Of a DNA stretch of 64,000 nucleotides, positions 29,383 through 39,698 are shown piece by piece; the stretch's first letter is position 1, and the number at the start of each line of letters is the position of its first letter. Below the pieces are notes generated by a model. That model searched no databases. It saw only the letters and a list, made by a program, of their open reading frames with translations, and had not been told where the DNA came from. Source of the DNA: Escherichia phage vB_EcoM_KAW1E185; the sequence record NC_054922.1; one strand, 5' to 3'. A program made the position numbers and the translations under genes.

Positions 29383-30357
29383 TCACTTCCACTGCATTTC
29401 GCATGCTAATTGAATGAAAAGATAAGCTAAATGCAATTCAGTATTAGCTGCAATACCATGATACTGATTATTTTCGCCGACAATTTCGTACATACGAATA
29501 ATACTCTGTGGAGTTACACGTGAATAGATTTCTTCGGCAAGTTTACCTACGAACCACGAATAATCGGCTGCATATTTTGGTGCTAAAGCTCTGAGTTGTT
29601 TAACATCTTTATTTTTGAGAGACTCAAGAACATCATCAATAGCACCACGATCGTTAGTAACCAGTGATAAAATACCAGCATCCAAAACACCTTTAGATGA
29701 ATAACTATCGAGCTCGCCAATAGTTTTACGAAAATCAGGAAAATTCTTTTTAACCAAAGCTGCTACAACTTTCATATCAGCTATAGCAATACCTTCATGT
29801 TTACAGATTTCGGTCAACCGACGAATCATCTGCTTCATCATTTCAATTTTATCTTCATCGGTCGGTTGACCGAATGTGATAACTCGGCAGCGTGACTGAA
29901 GCGGTTTAATAATACCATCAATATTGTTAGCAGTAATAATAATACTACAGTTTGAGCTGTAAGCTTCCATAAAGGAACGAAGATGTCGCTGAGATTCTGC
30001 TAAACCTGAACGGTCAAATTCATCAATAACGATTACTTTTTGACGACCATCAAATGAAGCGGCGCTGGCAAAATTAGTCAAAGGACCACGAACGAAATCA
30101 ATTTTACAATCTGACCCATTCACAAACATCATATCAGCATTTACATCATGACACAATGCTTTTGCTACAGTTGTTTTACCTGTTCCTGGAGAAGGAGAAT
30201 GAAGAATAATATGTGGAATCTTACCTTTACTTGTAATAGATTTAAAGGTTTCTTTATCAAAGGCGGGAAGAATACATTCATCGATAGTAGATGGACGATA
30301 TTTCTGTTCAAGAATGTGTTCTTTTTCATTTACGGTAATCATAATTTCCTCATTCAA
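29383..30357 (-). CDS. 44: clamp-loader ATPase gp44 (AAA+)
   Basis: 324 aa; Walker A GTGKTT; DEFD Walker B. Confidence 0.9.
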   Translation of the reverse strand: MNEEIMITVNEKEHILEQKYRPSTIDECILPAFDKETFKSITSKGKIPHIILHSPSPGTGKTTVAKALCHDVNADMMFVNGSDCKIDFVRGPLTNFASAASFDGRQKVIVIDEFDRSGLAESQRHLRSFMEAYSSNCSIIITANNIDGIIKPLQSRCRVITFGQPTDEDKIEMMKQMIRRLTEICKHEGIAIADMKVVAALVKKNFPDFRKTIGELDSYSSKGVLDAGILSLVTNDRGAIDDVLESLKNKDVKQLRALAPKYAADYSWFVGKLAEEIYSRVTPQSIIRMYEIVGENNQYHGIAANTELHLAYLFIQLACEMQWK

Positions 30358-30376
30358 GTTTTAGTGTAAATTATAA

Positions 30377-30390
30377 AGGGCCGAAGCCCT
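30377..30390 (-). terminator. stem-loop between genes 45 and 44
   Basis: agggc cgaa gccct. Confidence 0.45.
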
Positions 30391-30393
30391 CTA

Positions 30394-31080
30394 TTAAAAA
30401 TCGTGGGTAGAATCAGCTTCAAGAGCTACTACATAATTCGCATGTTCACCTTCAAATTTAGCAGCGCCTTGTTTACCTTTTGCCCAGAGCAGAAGTTTAT
30501 AATTTCCTGGTTGCATTTTCATATTTGCCATATTGATAATGAAATTAAATGTGTTTTCACCATCATAATCACCAAGAGTCAAAGAATATTTAACACGAGT
30601 CAAAGCAGAATCTTCTACTTTATTAAAACCGTTAATTACGATTTTACCTTCTTTTACTGTGATAGCAATTGTATCAATCTGCAGACCGCGAGATACACGC
30701 AACAGCTGTTGAAGGTCTTCAGCTTTAATTTCGGTAACAACAGATGCTACCGGGAATGGAATTGGTTTATTAGGAGCAACTACTGTACTCGGATCGGCTG
30801 CTGGCCAAAAAATTGTTGAACGGGCATCAGCAATTTTAATATTTCCATCTTCTGACTGGGAAATTTCTGCATCATCATTAACTAGAGACAGAATACCGAG
30901 AAAACCGTTCAAATCGTAAATTGCTACATCAAAATCAATAGTGTCAGAAATATTTGCTTCCGCGTAAGTTGTACCATTAACTGCGCGAGTCATAATAAAT
31001 TGACCGGATTTAAGCATAATACCAGAGTTAATAGTAGCGAAATTTTTGAGCAGAGCAGTAGTATCTTTAGACAGTTTCAT
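30394..31080 (-). CDS. 45: sliding clamp gp45
   Basis: 228 aa as in T4 gp45. Confidence 0.85.
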   Translation of the reverse strand: MKLSKDTTALLKNFATINSGIMLKSGQFIMTRAVNGTTYAEANISDTIDFDVAIYDLNGFLGILSLVNDDAEISQSEDGNIKIADARSTIFWPAADPSTVVAPNKPIPFPVASVVTEIKAEDLQQLLRVSRGLQIDTIAITVKEGKIVINGFNKVEDSALTRVKYSLTLGDYDGENTFNFIINMANMKMQPGNYKLLLWAKGKQGAAKFEGEHANYVVALEADSTHDF

Positions 31081-31109
31081 GTAATTTCCTTCAATTCAAA
31101 TGAGATTTA

Positions 31110-31134
31110 ATTTTATAACTAATTTAATAAAGCA
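31110..31134 (-). promoter_or_regulatory. MotA-dependent middle promoter upstream of gene 45
   Basis: minus-strand TTGCTTTA, 11-nt spacer, TAAAAT. Confidence 0.5.
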
Positions 31135-31135
31135 A

Positions 31136-31525
31136 TTAACGATTAAAATCAGCCGCAATTGTTTCCGCAACAATTTGAGCAGCAACAATTAGACGTTCAT
31201 CTGCATTACCGCAATAATCATCTTCAAGACGTTCACCACATGAAGTCATAATAAATTTAGCACCGGCGTTTAGGGATTCTGTAGTATGTTTGCGCATTAG
31301 TTCAATCCATTTATTACTTACTTCACGATCGATAGCTTCATAATACGCATGACGAGCAGGTGCAGATTTAATTTTGTTCTGAATAACTTCCATTGCGTTA
31401 TCAGAAAGAGACAAAACCCATGCTCGACGAATTTTATTTTGGTTTTGTGGATTTGATTCAGAACGCACGTGTTTTGGCTGAATATCTTTTACATCAACAG
31501 TATAATTCACAGTAATTTTAGTCAT
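31136..31525 (-). CDS. rpbA: RNA polymerase-binding protein RpbA
   Basis: 129 aa, same length and position as T4 rpbA. Confidence 0.5.
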
Positions 31526-31534
31526 AATACACCT

Positions 31535-31723
31535 TTAGTCATAATAATCAGTAACAGTCCAAGCTTCATTTCTATTGGACATTATTTTTGTATATTCTGC
31601 TTTAAATGCATTCCTAAGCATAGATTCAGTAACTATATGCTCTTCATTAGAAAAATTATTTCTCAGAATATATCGTTTTATTTCAGGAATAGTTAATAGA
31701 TGCTGTCCGGTTGAATATTCCAT
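31535..31723 (-). CDS. hypothetical protein (62 aa)
   Basis: ORF. Confidence 0.4.
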   Translation of the reverse strand: MEYSTGQHLLTIPEIKRYILRNNFSNEEHIVTESMLRNAFKAEYTKIMSNRNEAWTVTDYYD

Positions 31724-31778
31724 GTTTTTCCTCCATAGAGATTATACTCTAATAAATTAAAGCATAATCTCTTATAAA

Positions 31779-33461
31779 TTAAACCATTACAGTAAATCGA
31801 CCAACTTTCTTCATTTGAAGATGCTGACCGTATGCTTGTGGGTCATGGTCTCTATGCGAAATAACAAAAACATTAGTATTTTTTAAACTATCTAAAATAG
31901 TTGAAATAGCTTTTACACCTTCAACGTCGGTCGCTGAATCAAAAACTTCATCAAGAATTAGTGTGTTTATTTTAACACCTGAAACTTTTTCAGCAATATC
32001 ACGCCAAGTAAATAAAAGAGCAATATCAATTCGTGCTTTTTCACCTTGACTGAATGAAGCATAACTAAAATCTTCACGACCACGGGATTTAATTGTCTCA
32101 TTAAATTCTTCATCTAATGTAAACACATAATCCGCTTCCATTATTTTAAGATAATAGTTAATCTGCTTATTAAATAATGGAATGTACTTTTTAATAATAG
32201 CACCTTTAATACCAGAATCTTTGAGCATATCAGTCAAAATTCCTCGGTGGTATTTTTCCATTACTAAATTAGTTTTTGTCTTAACAATTTTATCAAGTTC
32301 TTCTTGAAGCAGTGCTATTTCATCAGCATGGTCAATAAACTCAGAAGATGCTTTTTCTATAGCCGCTTTAACTTTTTTAGCTTTATCTACCGTCGTGATT
32401 AGAGATTGCTTTTTATTGCGAATATCATTTGCCAACGACTGCTGGGTTTTAATATTATCTCGGTATTCATCAACAAGAACTTTTAAATTATCACGATGTG
32501 TTGAAAGCTGTTCAAACGAATGCGTGCATTCAGAAACTTTATCTTTAATTTTAGAAACAACTTTATCACCGGAACTTAATTGTGACAAACAGGTTGGACA
32601 TAATCCACCTTCGTGATACATATTAATGACTTTATTATATGAGTCAATTTTTGATTTAATTAAAACTGCTTCTTGACCGATTTTATTAAATGCATCAGTC
32701 GGGTCTTCATCCAAAACAATATTAACTAATCTTTCATTAGCTTCTTCTATTTCCGATTTTAGCGTTCTAGCTTCTTTTGCCAAATCATCGTACATATTTT
32801 GCAGACGAGTAAGGTTGTCACCCGTTAATTTTTTCTGGCGTTCAACGTTATCATTATATATTTTAATTTGTTGGATAATACTATCTTTTTTAACATCAAG
32901 CACTTGGTTCTGCGAATTTAATTCACGTATTAGTGCTTTATTAAGCTTATCCATTTCAGCTAATGTTCCTACCTCGAGCAGGTCTTCCACAAGCTTTCTT
33001 CGCGCAGGGGTCGACAAACCCATGAAAGGGGTATACCCTGCTGTACCAAGGACAACAATCTGCTTGAAACTGGCATATGACATTCCGATAAGCTGTTCAA
33101 ATTCTGCTTGGAAATCTTTACTGCTGGCAGATTCATTAAGACGTGTACCGTTAACGGTGATTTCGAAAACGTTTGGTTTTTGTCCTCTTTTGATATAGTA
33201 TTTTTTCTCATCATATTCCATCCACAGTTCAACTAAAAGTTCTTTCTTATTTGTGCTGTTTATTAATTGACCTTTCTTTACATCACGAAATGGCTTACCA
33301 AAAAGCCCAAATGTGATGGCTTCTAGCATAGTAGACTTACCACCGCCATTTCGGCCAGTAATAAGAGTTTTTTGAACCTTATCTAATTGAATGTCAATAG
33401 GATTTCCACCTACTGACATTATATTTTGATACCTAACTCGGTTTAGTTTAAAATTCTTCAC
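31779..33461 (-). CDS. 46: recombination endonuclease subunit gp46 (Rad50/SbcC-like)
   Basis: 560 aa as in T4 gp46; Walker A GRNGGGKST; long coiled coil; CPTC zinc hook. Confidence 0.9.
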   Translation of the reverse strand: MKNFKLNRVRYQNIMSVGGNPIDIQLDKVQKTLITGRNGGGKSTMLEAITFGLFGKPFRDVKKGQLINSTNKKELLVELWMEYDEKKYYIKRGQKPNVFEITVNGTRLNESASSKDFQAEFEQLIGMSYASFKQIVVLGTAGYTPFMGLSTPARRKLVEDLLEVGTLAEMDKLNKALIRELNSQNQVLDVKKDSIIQQIKIYNDNVERQKKLTGDNLTRLQNMYDDLAKEARTLKSEIEEANERLVNIVLDEDPTDAFNKIGQEAVLIKSKIDSYNKVINMYHEGGLCPTCLSQLSSGDKVVSKIKDKVSECTHSFEQLSTHRDNLKVLVDEYRDNIKTQQSLANDIRNKKQSLITTVDKAKKVKAAIEKASSEFIDHADEIALLQEELDKIVKTKTNLVMEKYHRGILTDMLKDSGIKGAIIKKYIPLFNKQINYYLKIMEADYVFTLDEEFNETIKSRGREDFSYASFSQGEKARIDIALLFTWRDIAEKVSGVKINTLILDEVFDSATDVEGVKAISTILDSLKNTNVFVISHRDHDPQAYGQHLQMKKVGRFTVMV

Positions 33462-33721
33462 AAAAGATTCCTTTTAATGTATCTTTTAGACCATTCTATC
33501 ATATCATCATAATCTAAAAAGTATTCATCAAATTCAGCCATGCAAACAACACCTTGTGCTGTTTTTGATGTAATATAAATTATTCCAACATATCTAGAAT
33601 CTTCTTCGGTATAATCAATATTTGCTATGAATTCATCATTAATGTCAAATGTCGAAAACTTCACAGTATGCATCCTTAATACAAGATACAGCCATATCTC
33701 GCAATGATTTAGGTGTGTCAT
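33458..33721 (-). CDS. hypothetical protein (87 aa or shorter)
   Basis: ORF overlapping the next ORF; start uncertain. Confidence 0.35.
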   Translation of the reverse strand: MTHLNHCEIWLYLVLRMHTVKFSTFDINDEFIANIDYTEEDSRYVGIIYITSKTAQGVVCMAEFDEYFLDYDDMIEWSKRYIKRNLL

Positions 33722-33908
33722 TATCTAAAATGTTGAAGTTAAAAGATACAGCCCAGTCAGTGCAGACCGTAACCTTTTTAATACAATTATCTTCAACCTC
33801 TAGCGGTTCAAACCAGTATTCAATAATTTCTTTATGCCCAATATCATCTTTTACTTCGCATTCAAAATGCTGACTCATCATAACATTTTTAAATTCATCA
33901 AAAGTCAT
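33645..33908 (-). CDS. hypothetical protein (87 aa)
   Basis: ORF coupled to gene 47. Confidence 0.4.
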   Translation of the reverse strand: MTFDEFKNVMMSQHFECEVKDDIGHKEIIEYWFEPLEVEDNCIKKVTVCTDWAVSFNFNILDNDTPKSLRDMAVSCIKDAYCEVFDI

Positions 33909-34924
33909 TGTGTTGCCTCTACATATAACTGATTTGCATATTGAATAAGTGCTTCACGGTCAGAATCAGTGATGTCTGGAATTGCATTAATATACTCTTC
34001 CATTAATGTCTGAAGCGATTGAACTTCAACTTCTTCACTGTCATCTGACTCGACAGAGTTATCAATCTTTGACACAACTCGTAATGAATGCACAACTTTT
34101 TCTAGTTCAGATTCGAACTTCGTTAGATTTTTATCTACTTCAGTTACTATAACACGTACTGATAGATTTGTAAAATCTTTATAGTCAATTTTTCCTTTAA
34201 ATGGATAATGAATTCTACGATGCCAGGTAGTATTGTTTGGAATAAATTCCATTCGTTCTGTTTCTGTATCAAACATCCAGAACCCACGAGGGTCATTCTC
34301 GTCACCTGCAGTTAGTGTCCATGGTGTCCCAATATATCTGACGTTAGCAGCCTCAGAGATAGTATGGAAGTGACCAGACCACACCTCTTTATAAGTCTTA
34401 AGGAAATCAGGTTCAAGACCGTGAGATTTCATTCCTTTATAAAAATAAAATCCATTCAGCTCCCAGTGACCAACACAAAAAGAAGCAGATGAAGTTTTGA
34501 TGTGTTCAAGAATTTCACCAGTATTTTCTTCACACATCCAAGGAATTAAATCAATCAAACATCCGTCAAAATCTACTGTAGTAGGCTTATCATATACTTT
34601 AACATTATGATATTTAGCCAAAAGCTCAGTAGAGGCATTTGGAGTTAAAGTATTTTTAAAGTGCATATCATGGTTTCCTACAACAGTATGTAGGGTAATA
34701 CCAGCATCATCAAGCATTTGAACTATTTCACGAGCGAACTCCATAGTTTTATGCGTGATTGCTTTTCGCACATCAAAAATATCGCCGTATTGAATCCATG
34801 TAGTAATTCCATTTTTCTTAGAATATTCTATTGCTTGTTTAATTCCATCCAACTGAATGGATTGAACCCACTCATCATCGGCTTTAACGCCTAAATGCCA
34901 ATCACCTAAATTTAAAATTTTCAT
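33905..34924 (-). CDS. 47: recombination endonuclease subunit gp47 (Mre11/SbcD-like)
   Basis: 339 aa as in T4 gp47; phosphoesterase motifs GDWH, GNHD. Confidence 0.9.
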   Translation of the reverse strand: MKILNLGDWHLGVKADDEWVQSIQLDGIKQAIEYSKKNGITTWIQYGDIFDVRKAITHKTMEFAREIVQMLDDAGITLHTVVGNHDMHFKNTLTPNASTELLAKYHNVKVYDKPTTVDFDGCLIDLIPWMCEENTGEILEHIKTSSASFCVGHWELNGFYFYKGMKSHGLEPDFLKTYKEVWSGHFHTISEAANVRYIGTPWTLTAGDENDPRGFWMFDTETERMEFIPNNTTWHRRIHYPFKGKIDYKDFTNLSVRVIVTEVDKNLTKFESELEKVVHSLRVVSKIDNSVESDDSEEVEVQSLQTLMEEYINAIPDITDSDREALIQYANQLYVEATQ

Positions 34925-35061
34925 ATATCAAGAACCGTCATTGAAATGCAAAATAAAATTATTGAAATAAATCCATCTGGAGTGCTAAAGAACCCAATCC
35001 AACATGCTCTAGTGAATAGATAAAATGCAAGAAAAAGTATCACATATCCAAGAAATATCAT
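34921..35061 (-). CDS. hydrophobic peptide (46 aa), ATGA-coupled to gene 47; below ORF-track cut-off
   Basis: own translation MIFLGYVILFLAFYLFTRACWIGFFSTPDGFISIILFCISMTVLDI. Confidence 0.35.
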   Translation of the reverse strand: MIFLGYVILFLAFYLFTRACWIGFFSTPDGFISIILFCISMTVLDI

Positions 35062-35084
35062 TATATCAAACTCCGTATAAAGCT

Positions 35085-35102
35085 AAAGGGCCGAAGCCCT
35101 TT
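35085..35102 (-). terminator. stem-loop overlapping the agt stop codon
   Basis: aaagggc cgaa gcccttt. Confidence 0.5.
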
Positions 35103-36303
35103 ATTTTGTAATAATGTCAAACTGTTCTTTAAAGCAGAAGCTTGAATCTTGATGCTGATACAAAAATTCATATGCTTTTTCACGCTCACGGTCATAAAGA
35201 GCTCGGTCAGATGACAGTTCTTTAATACGTTCAAATGTTGATTCCATATCATTTTCATCAAACCAAATGATACCGCTATCATGCGAGGTCAAAGGAGTAT
35301 TATCAACACGGAATTTTAAATTTTCGCCAGTAGATTTCCAAAATACCGGAATTGTTCCACATGCACCAAGCTCGAGATGAGTATATTCTAAAGAGCGCTG
35401 TAGATATTTTTTATCCAACTTACTCAACTGATAACCAAATCCGGATTTACTCATACGTTCAAGCATTTCGTTATTTACATAACGATCGAGAATTTGCGTT
35501 GGTAAATTAGGAGCAATTTTAATTTGGTCTACTTGATGAAGACGATAATACTCGTATGGAATTCCTTTTTCTTTAATAGGAATGAACGCTGGAGAACGTT
35601 CCAGACCTTCCATAATAGTACTTAGTCCTGCAGGTTTAAGATGTTTTTCATGAAAATCAAACATCTGATAAAAACCTTTCCATGTAGTCGTACGACCAAT
35701 CCAACGGTTGATATTCATGTTAATTTCAGAAACATCTTTCCAGTAGGTTGACCGAACCTTCGCAATATCCATAGGAGGCTGAAAGTTATATACTGTCGGT
35801 GCTTCTTCAATATCATCAAACAGAGAAACTGTTTCAGGATACCATTCTTTCATCAGAACTTTATTAAAATCACCATTATCAGAATGGCTAAAAATAACAT
35901 CAGCTCGACGAACAGTTTCTTCTAATCCCAAATTTCGGCGCAAAGAAAGAGAAGAATGGTCATGTTGATAAACTACAACACGAACAGAAGGTTTAATGTT
36001 ATCAATAATTTTTTTATAGTTATTAATAGTGTCTTCTTCAACCGAAGTAGCAGGAACTGAATTGATAATTAGAATATCACAATCATTTACCAGCTTAAGT
36101 GTTTTATCGTATTCTTTTGCCAATAAAACCGGAATTGAAAATGATTTATAATCATGTGCACAGTTACGAGTAAATGATTTATCTTTAGCATAAACCAAAG
36201 TTACTTCATGACCATTTTTAATAAACCAATCACGTTGCTCGAGCGAGAATTTTGTTACACCACAACCTTCAAGACCTCGAGCCATAAAAATACATACTTT
36301 CAT
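35101..36303 (-). CDS. agt: alpha-glucosyltransferase
   Basis: 400 aa as in T4 alpha-gt. Confidence 0.85.
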   Translation of the reverse strand: MKVCIFMARGLEGCGVTKFSLEQRDWFIKNGHEVTLVYAKDKSFTRNCAHDYKSFSIPVLLAKEYDKTLKLVNDCDILIINSVPATSVEEDTINNYKKIIDNIKPSVRVVVYQHDHSSLSLRRNLGLEETVRRADVIFSHSDNGDFNKVLMKEWYPETVSLFDDIEEAPTVYNFQPPMDIAKVRSTYWKDVSEINMNINRWIGRTTTWKGFYQMFDFHEKHLKPAGLSTIMEGLERSPAFIPIKEKGIPYEYYRLHQVDQIKIAPNLPTQILDRYVNNEMLERMSKSGFGYQLSKLDKKYLQRSLEYTHLELGACGTIPVFWKSTGENLKFRVDNTPLTSHDSGIIWFDENDMESTFERIKELSSDRALYDREREKAYEFLYQHQDSSFCFKEQFDIITK

Positions 36304-36327
36304 TTAATATCCTCATTGTTTTGGTTT

Positions 36328-36351
36328 ATTTTACCAAAAATTTATAAAGCA
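36328..36351 (-). promoter_or_regulatory. MotA-dependent middle promoter upstream of agt
   Basis: minus-strand TTGCTTTA, 11-nt spacer, TAAAAT; overlapping TATAAATT late-promoter-like element. Confidence 0.5.
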
Positions 36352-36354
36352 ATA

Positions 36355-36372
36355 TAGGAGCCGAAGCTCCTA
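36355..36372 (-). terminator. stem-loop
   Basis: taggagc cgaa gctccta. Confidence 0.45.
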
Positions 36373-36486
36373 TCCGCATAATACGCCATACAAAGGCTCG
36401 TTAGAACTTTTAAATTTTATGCGCTTATATTTTATAGTTCCTTCTGCTTTAGCTTTATCATGAGACGCTTTAAAGAGTCTCATCAT
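36370..36486 (-). CDS. candidate small basic protein (38 aa)
   Basis: AAGAGGAAA Shine-Dalgarno before ATGATG; own translation MMRLFKASHDKAKAEGTIKYKRIKFKSSNEPLYGVLCG. Confidence 0.25.
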   Translation of the reverse strand: MMRLFKASHDKAKAEGTIKYKRIKFKSSNEPLYGVLCG

Positions 36487-36546
36487 TTCCTCTTTAGAGG
36501 AACGAATTTTATTATAATCTATTTCAGAAGTCTGGGTGTTCATCTT

Positions 36547-36753
36547 TCATAACTGCCACCATTTTTTGACTTGATAAGAATCAACCCACACTTTCATATT
36601 AGGGTCTGCTCTTACAATAGGAGGATTAACTTCTTTAATTGAACTATCATGGTATTCTTTTTCAGAAATTTTCACACAAAGATGACCATTCAAAGATTCA
36701 GTAAATCCTGCATTAATTTTAAGACGCTTGAATTTTACGTGTGTAAGCATCAA
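36547..36753 (-). CDS. hypothetical protein (68 aa)
   Basis: ORF. Confidence 0.35.
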   Translation of the reverse strand: MMLTHVKFKRLKINAGFTESLNGHLCVKISEKEYHDSSIKEVNPPIVRADPNMKVWVDSYQVKKWWQL

Positions 36754-37036
36754 TCATATCCTCAATCTGCGATCTAGTAGTCTTCCAAAGAATACTGATG
36801 AGTTCATCGTTATATGGCTGTTTTAGAATATCCCGACTTTTCTTGATAGCATATTCGTATTGAGCAAAATTATTATTTTCAGCTGCGATCTGAGCGTGCT
36901 TATAAAGACGATTCAGTTCGCGTTTATTTTTAGACAATAACTTATTTGCTTTTCTTTCTGCTTCAAGACGGTTCTTTTCTTCAATAGAAGAAATAAGCTT
37001 TTCCACTTCATCATTAATTTCGGGTTTATCAGTCAT
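36719..37036 (-). CDS. hypothetical protein (105 aa)
   Basis: ORF. Confidence 0.4.
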   Translation of the reverse strand: MTDKPEINDEVEKLISSIEEKNRLEAERKANKLLSKNKRELNRLYKHAQIAAENNNFAQYEYAIKKSRDILKQPYNDELISILWKTTRSQIEDMIDAYTRKIQAS

Positions 37037-37037
37037 A

Positions 37038-37256
37038 TTATTTCTCTAATATAAAATAAAAATCATCATCTGTTAAATGATACCTGTAATTTAATTCTAC
37101 ACCATTAGATTTAAAAGCGGTATCATACGGATTTTCTGGATCAATATCAATGTCAAGAGCTAAAACTTCCCTGAGATACATTTTAAGTAAATAGGGAATA
37201 GCTTCAACTTCAGGTATTTCTTCCAAGAATCCGGAGAGGTTAATCGTTAGCCTCAT
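37038..37256 (-). CDS. hypothetical protein (72 aa)
   Basis: ORF. Confidence 0.4.
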
Positions 37257-37803
37257 ATAAAAAATCCAAACTAGGAGAATCGTCTACAACACTTTTCTTT
37301 TCAGCCCCCGGTGTTCTATAGGTTGATTCTTCGTAATGCGTCATTTTATCGTAGATGTCTTGAATAAAAGTTTCATCTACTAACGCAACCATATCGTCGT
37401 CACGACTGTCATAGACATTGTGAACGAAGTAACTATATTTCTTTGCAACTTCCTTACGTTCTTTTTTAATACGCTGGACGAATGCATTAAAACAAGCTTG
37501 AGTTATATACGCATGTGGGTTTTTATATTTCGTTTCATCAAAATTATGAAGCCCCTTAATAGAAGCTTCTATACCATCTGCAATCATTTCTTGTTTCCAA
37601 GACTGGGTGTATCCTGAAAAGTTGAAACGTTTAGATAAGCCTTCTGCAATAAGCATAATGGCTAATCCAATAGTATCATTTTGACGAACTACTTTATTTG
37701 GGTCTTTATTATTTGCTAATTCTGTTTTCCAATCAATAATAGCTTGTAAAAGCTCTTTATTGTTTACGTAATTATATTTAGGCTTAGTTTCTGACATTTT
37801 CAC
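37240..37803 (-). CDS. 55: late sigma factor gp55
   Basis: 187 aa (T4 gp55 185 aa); position between agt and the nrd genes. Confidence 0.85.
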
Positions 37804-37871
37804 CTCTTAGCTCAATTCATAGATCTATTATATCATAATATTTGAAGATCTATCTTAAAGCATAGAGGATA

Positions 37872-38144
37872 TCAGTTATCTAAGTAAACAGTATGCTTGG
37901 AATACTTTTCCATCATCTTTTTAAATTCATGAATATCTATATAATGACTAGTTAAATCAGCATGATATAAAAAGTCTAAAAACTTTTCATGTGTACTAAC
38001 ATATTCACTTTCATTTAATTCAGAAACATGACTTTCCCAATATCCAACACCAGTTTTATTTGGGAAAAATGAAATTTTCATGTATTGGTCAACATAGAAA
38101 ATGCCATAATTTTCAATAGTAATAGAAATATTAATAAATTTCAT
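37872..38144 (-). CDS. hypothetical protein (90 aa)
   Basis: ORF. Confidence 0.4.
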   Translation of the reverse strand: MKFINISITIENYGIFYVDQYMKISFFPNKTGVGYWESHVSELNESEYVSTHEKFLDFLYHADLTSHYIDIHEFKKMMEKYSKHTVYLDN

Positions 38145-38356
38145 ACATTCATCAACTTAGCCGCTTCAAGAGCTGCATCTAGTGAATCAAATTGGTCAAC
38201 ATATTCAATCAATTCGCCATAATTGGCATATAACCACCATTGGCTAAATTCATACTCAAGGATGAATCCATTTCCTTCAATTTGAGTTAAACCATTGCCG
38301 TTTGTATTTACTTCATATCCGGCAAGACGCAAATCGTTAATAAGAGCTTCGTTCAT
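38141..38356 (-). CDS. hypothetical protein (71 aa)
   Basis: ORF. Confidence 0.4.
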   Translation of the reverse strand: MNEALINDLRLAGYEVNTNGNGLTQIEGNGFILEYEFSQWWLYANYGELIEYVDQFDSLDAALEAAKLMNV

Positions 38357-38358
38357 AA

Positions 38359-38685
38359 TTATACCTTAGTAATTTTCAGGTCTGCAAATTTTTTCTTGCG
38401 TTGATTTTTCATGCGACGAATAGTTTTATCGGAAATTTCATGCTTTTGATAAGCTTTAGATTCTACACCAAAAGCTTTAACATCAAATTCTGACAAGATA
38501 TATTGAACCAACAATTCACGGACAGTATTGCGTCCAATCTTCTGATCATTCTGTTTCATCGTCTGATGAAGCTCTTTTTCCCATTTATCCAAAATTTGAG
38601 GAGTTACAATATCGCCTTTTTCTAGCAAAGAAACTACTTTATCATATGCGTAAGAATTAATGACGTTTTTAATTTGAATAGTCAT
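38359..38685 (-). CDS. hypothetical protein (108 aa)
   Basis: ORF. Confidence 0.4.
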   Translation of the reverse strand: MTIQIKNVINSYAYDKVVSLLEKGDIVTPQILDKWEKELHQTMKQNDQKIGRNTVRELLVQYILSEFDVKAFGVESKAYQKHEISDKTIRRMKNQRKKKFADLKITKV

Positions 38686-38723
38686 ACATTATCCTCAATT
38701 ACGTTAAAATTTTATTATCCAAA

Positions 38724-38739
38724 AAGGGCCGAAGCCCTT
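38724..38739 (-). terminator. stem-loop
   Basis: aagggc cgaa gccctt. Confidence 0.45.
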
Positions 38740-38938
38740 AGCTAAACTTTTTGGCACCCTTCCAGCCTTCATACATCATTGCGGCTGATATTAATATTGC
38801 TCCTGAGCAACTTGAATATTTGTGATTCCAAAACCAGTTTAGAAAAACTTCATCATCAATACCTTGGGCTATCATATTTTCAAAGAACTGACGACGAGAT
38901 TCGGCAATTCGTTGTGATAATTTAGATTCAGGATTCAT
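38738..38938 (-). CDS. hypothetical protein (66 aa)
   Basis: ORF. Confidence 0.4.
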   Translation of the reverse strand: MNPESKLSQRIAESRRQFFENMIAQGIDDEVFLNWFWNHKYSSCSGAILISAAMMYEGWKGAKKFS

Positions 38939-39070
38939 TTAAATTTTCCAGTTACCGTTTTCATCAATAAATTTAATCCAGTCATTTACTGACCACTTAG
39001 TTGTATCACCTTTTGGAGTAACATTTAAAGTGTATAACCCCTGCTTAAAAAGCATTCGTTTGATATTCAT
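38939..39070 (-). CDS. hypothetical small protein (43 aa from internal ATG)
   Basis: ORF track 38939..39154; internal ATG has a GAGGA Shine-Dalgarno. Confidence 0.3.
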   Translation of the reverse strand: MNIKRMLFKQGLYTLNVTPKGDTTKWSVNDWIKFIDENGNWKI

Positions 39071-39077
39071 AATTTCC

Positions 39078-39371
39078 TCAGCTGTAACGATAACACTCGT
39101 TTGATTTACGTTTAGCAACTCGTTGAGAAGTATTATAATCAAAATCATCATCAATGTAAACAGATTTTTTCAACTTTCTTACTTCACCACGTAATTGACG
39201 ATTTAACTCATCTTTAACTTCTGAATCAATGCCTTTCATTCTACGCCATTTATCTGAGCGAAAAATGTTTTCAACCATATCTTTATGACTTACACCATCA
39301 GGAGCTTTACGCTTTCCAAAATAGTCATAATCACGAACTTTTAAGTCTTTACGACGATACGTTTTACCCAT
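39078..39371 (-). CDS. hypothetical basic protein (97 aa)
   Basis: ORF track 39078..39416; ATG with AAGGAAA Shine-Dalgarno at 39371. Confidence 0.4.
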   Translation of the reverse strand: MGKTYRRKDLKVRDYDYFGKRKAPDGVSHKDMVENIFRSDKWRRMKGIDSEVKDELNRQLRGEVRKLKKSVYIDDDFDYNTSQRVAKRKSNECYRYS

Positions 39372-39540
39372 GGAGTTTAATTTCCTTAGCAACTGAACTA
39401 AATACAGCACGATCACAAATCATACGTTTGTTCCATTTAATCACAGTATAATGAACATCTAGATCATCGACTGCTGTAACAATAACGATATGTCCGTTAA
39501 CACGATAATACTGGTCAATTTTAATCTCTTTATCAACCAT
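39364..39540 (-). CDS. small protein (58 aa); below ORF-track cut-off
   Basis: own translation MVDKEIKIDQYYRVNGHIVIVTAVDDLDVHYTVIKWNKRMICDRAVFSSVAKEIKLHG; GAGGA Shine-Dalgarno. Confidence 0.35.
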   Translation of the reverse strand: MVDKEIKIDQYYRVNGHIVIVTAVDDLDVHYTVIKWNKRMICDRAVFSSVAKEIKLHG

Positions 39541-39570
39541 ATCAATTCCTCAAAGGTAATTCATATGTTA

Positions 39571-39600
39571 ATAATACCATAGTTTGAACTTGTTGTAAAC
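39571..39600 (-). promoter_or_regulatory. T4-type early promoter
   Basis: gtaaac 39595-39600; -10 TATTAT; 18-bp spacer. Confidence 0.5.
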
Positions 39601-39698
39601 AACTTTGTGAAAAATATTTTAGGGAATGATAAGAAAGGAACGATAGCTTAGAATGGTAATATACAGAATGTGAGAAAGAAAGGCCCAGAGGGCCCGTC

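Noticed and set aside
25441-33232. Embedded minus-strand ORFs (25441..25626, 26647..26838, 32969..33232, 22917..23120, 14419..14631, 61879..62094, 62547..62729, 52724..52918)
   Set aside because: Alternative frames inside DNA polymerase, gp46, the glycosyltransferase and other long genes.
35061-35282. Minus-strand 73-aa ORF overlapping the agt 3' end
   Set aside because: Out-of-frame overlap with alpha-glucosyltransferase; the separate 46-aa coupled ORF (34921..35061) is the likelier gene here.
37840-37871. MotA-box-like TGCTTTA upstream of gene 55
   Set aside because: No TAnnnT -10 element at the required 11-13 bp spacing.
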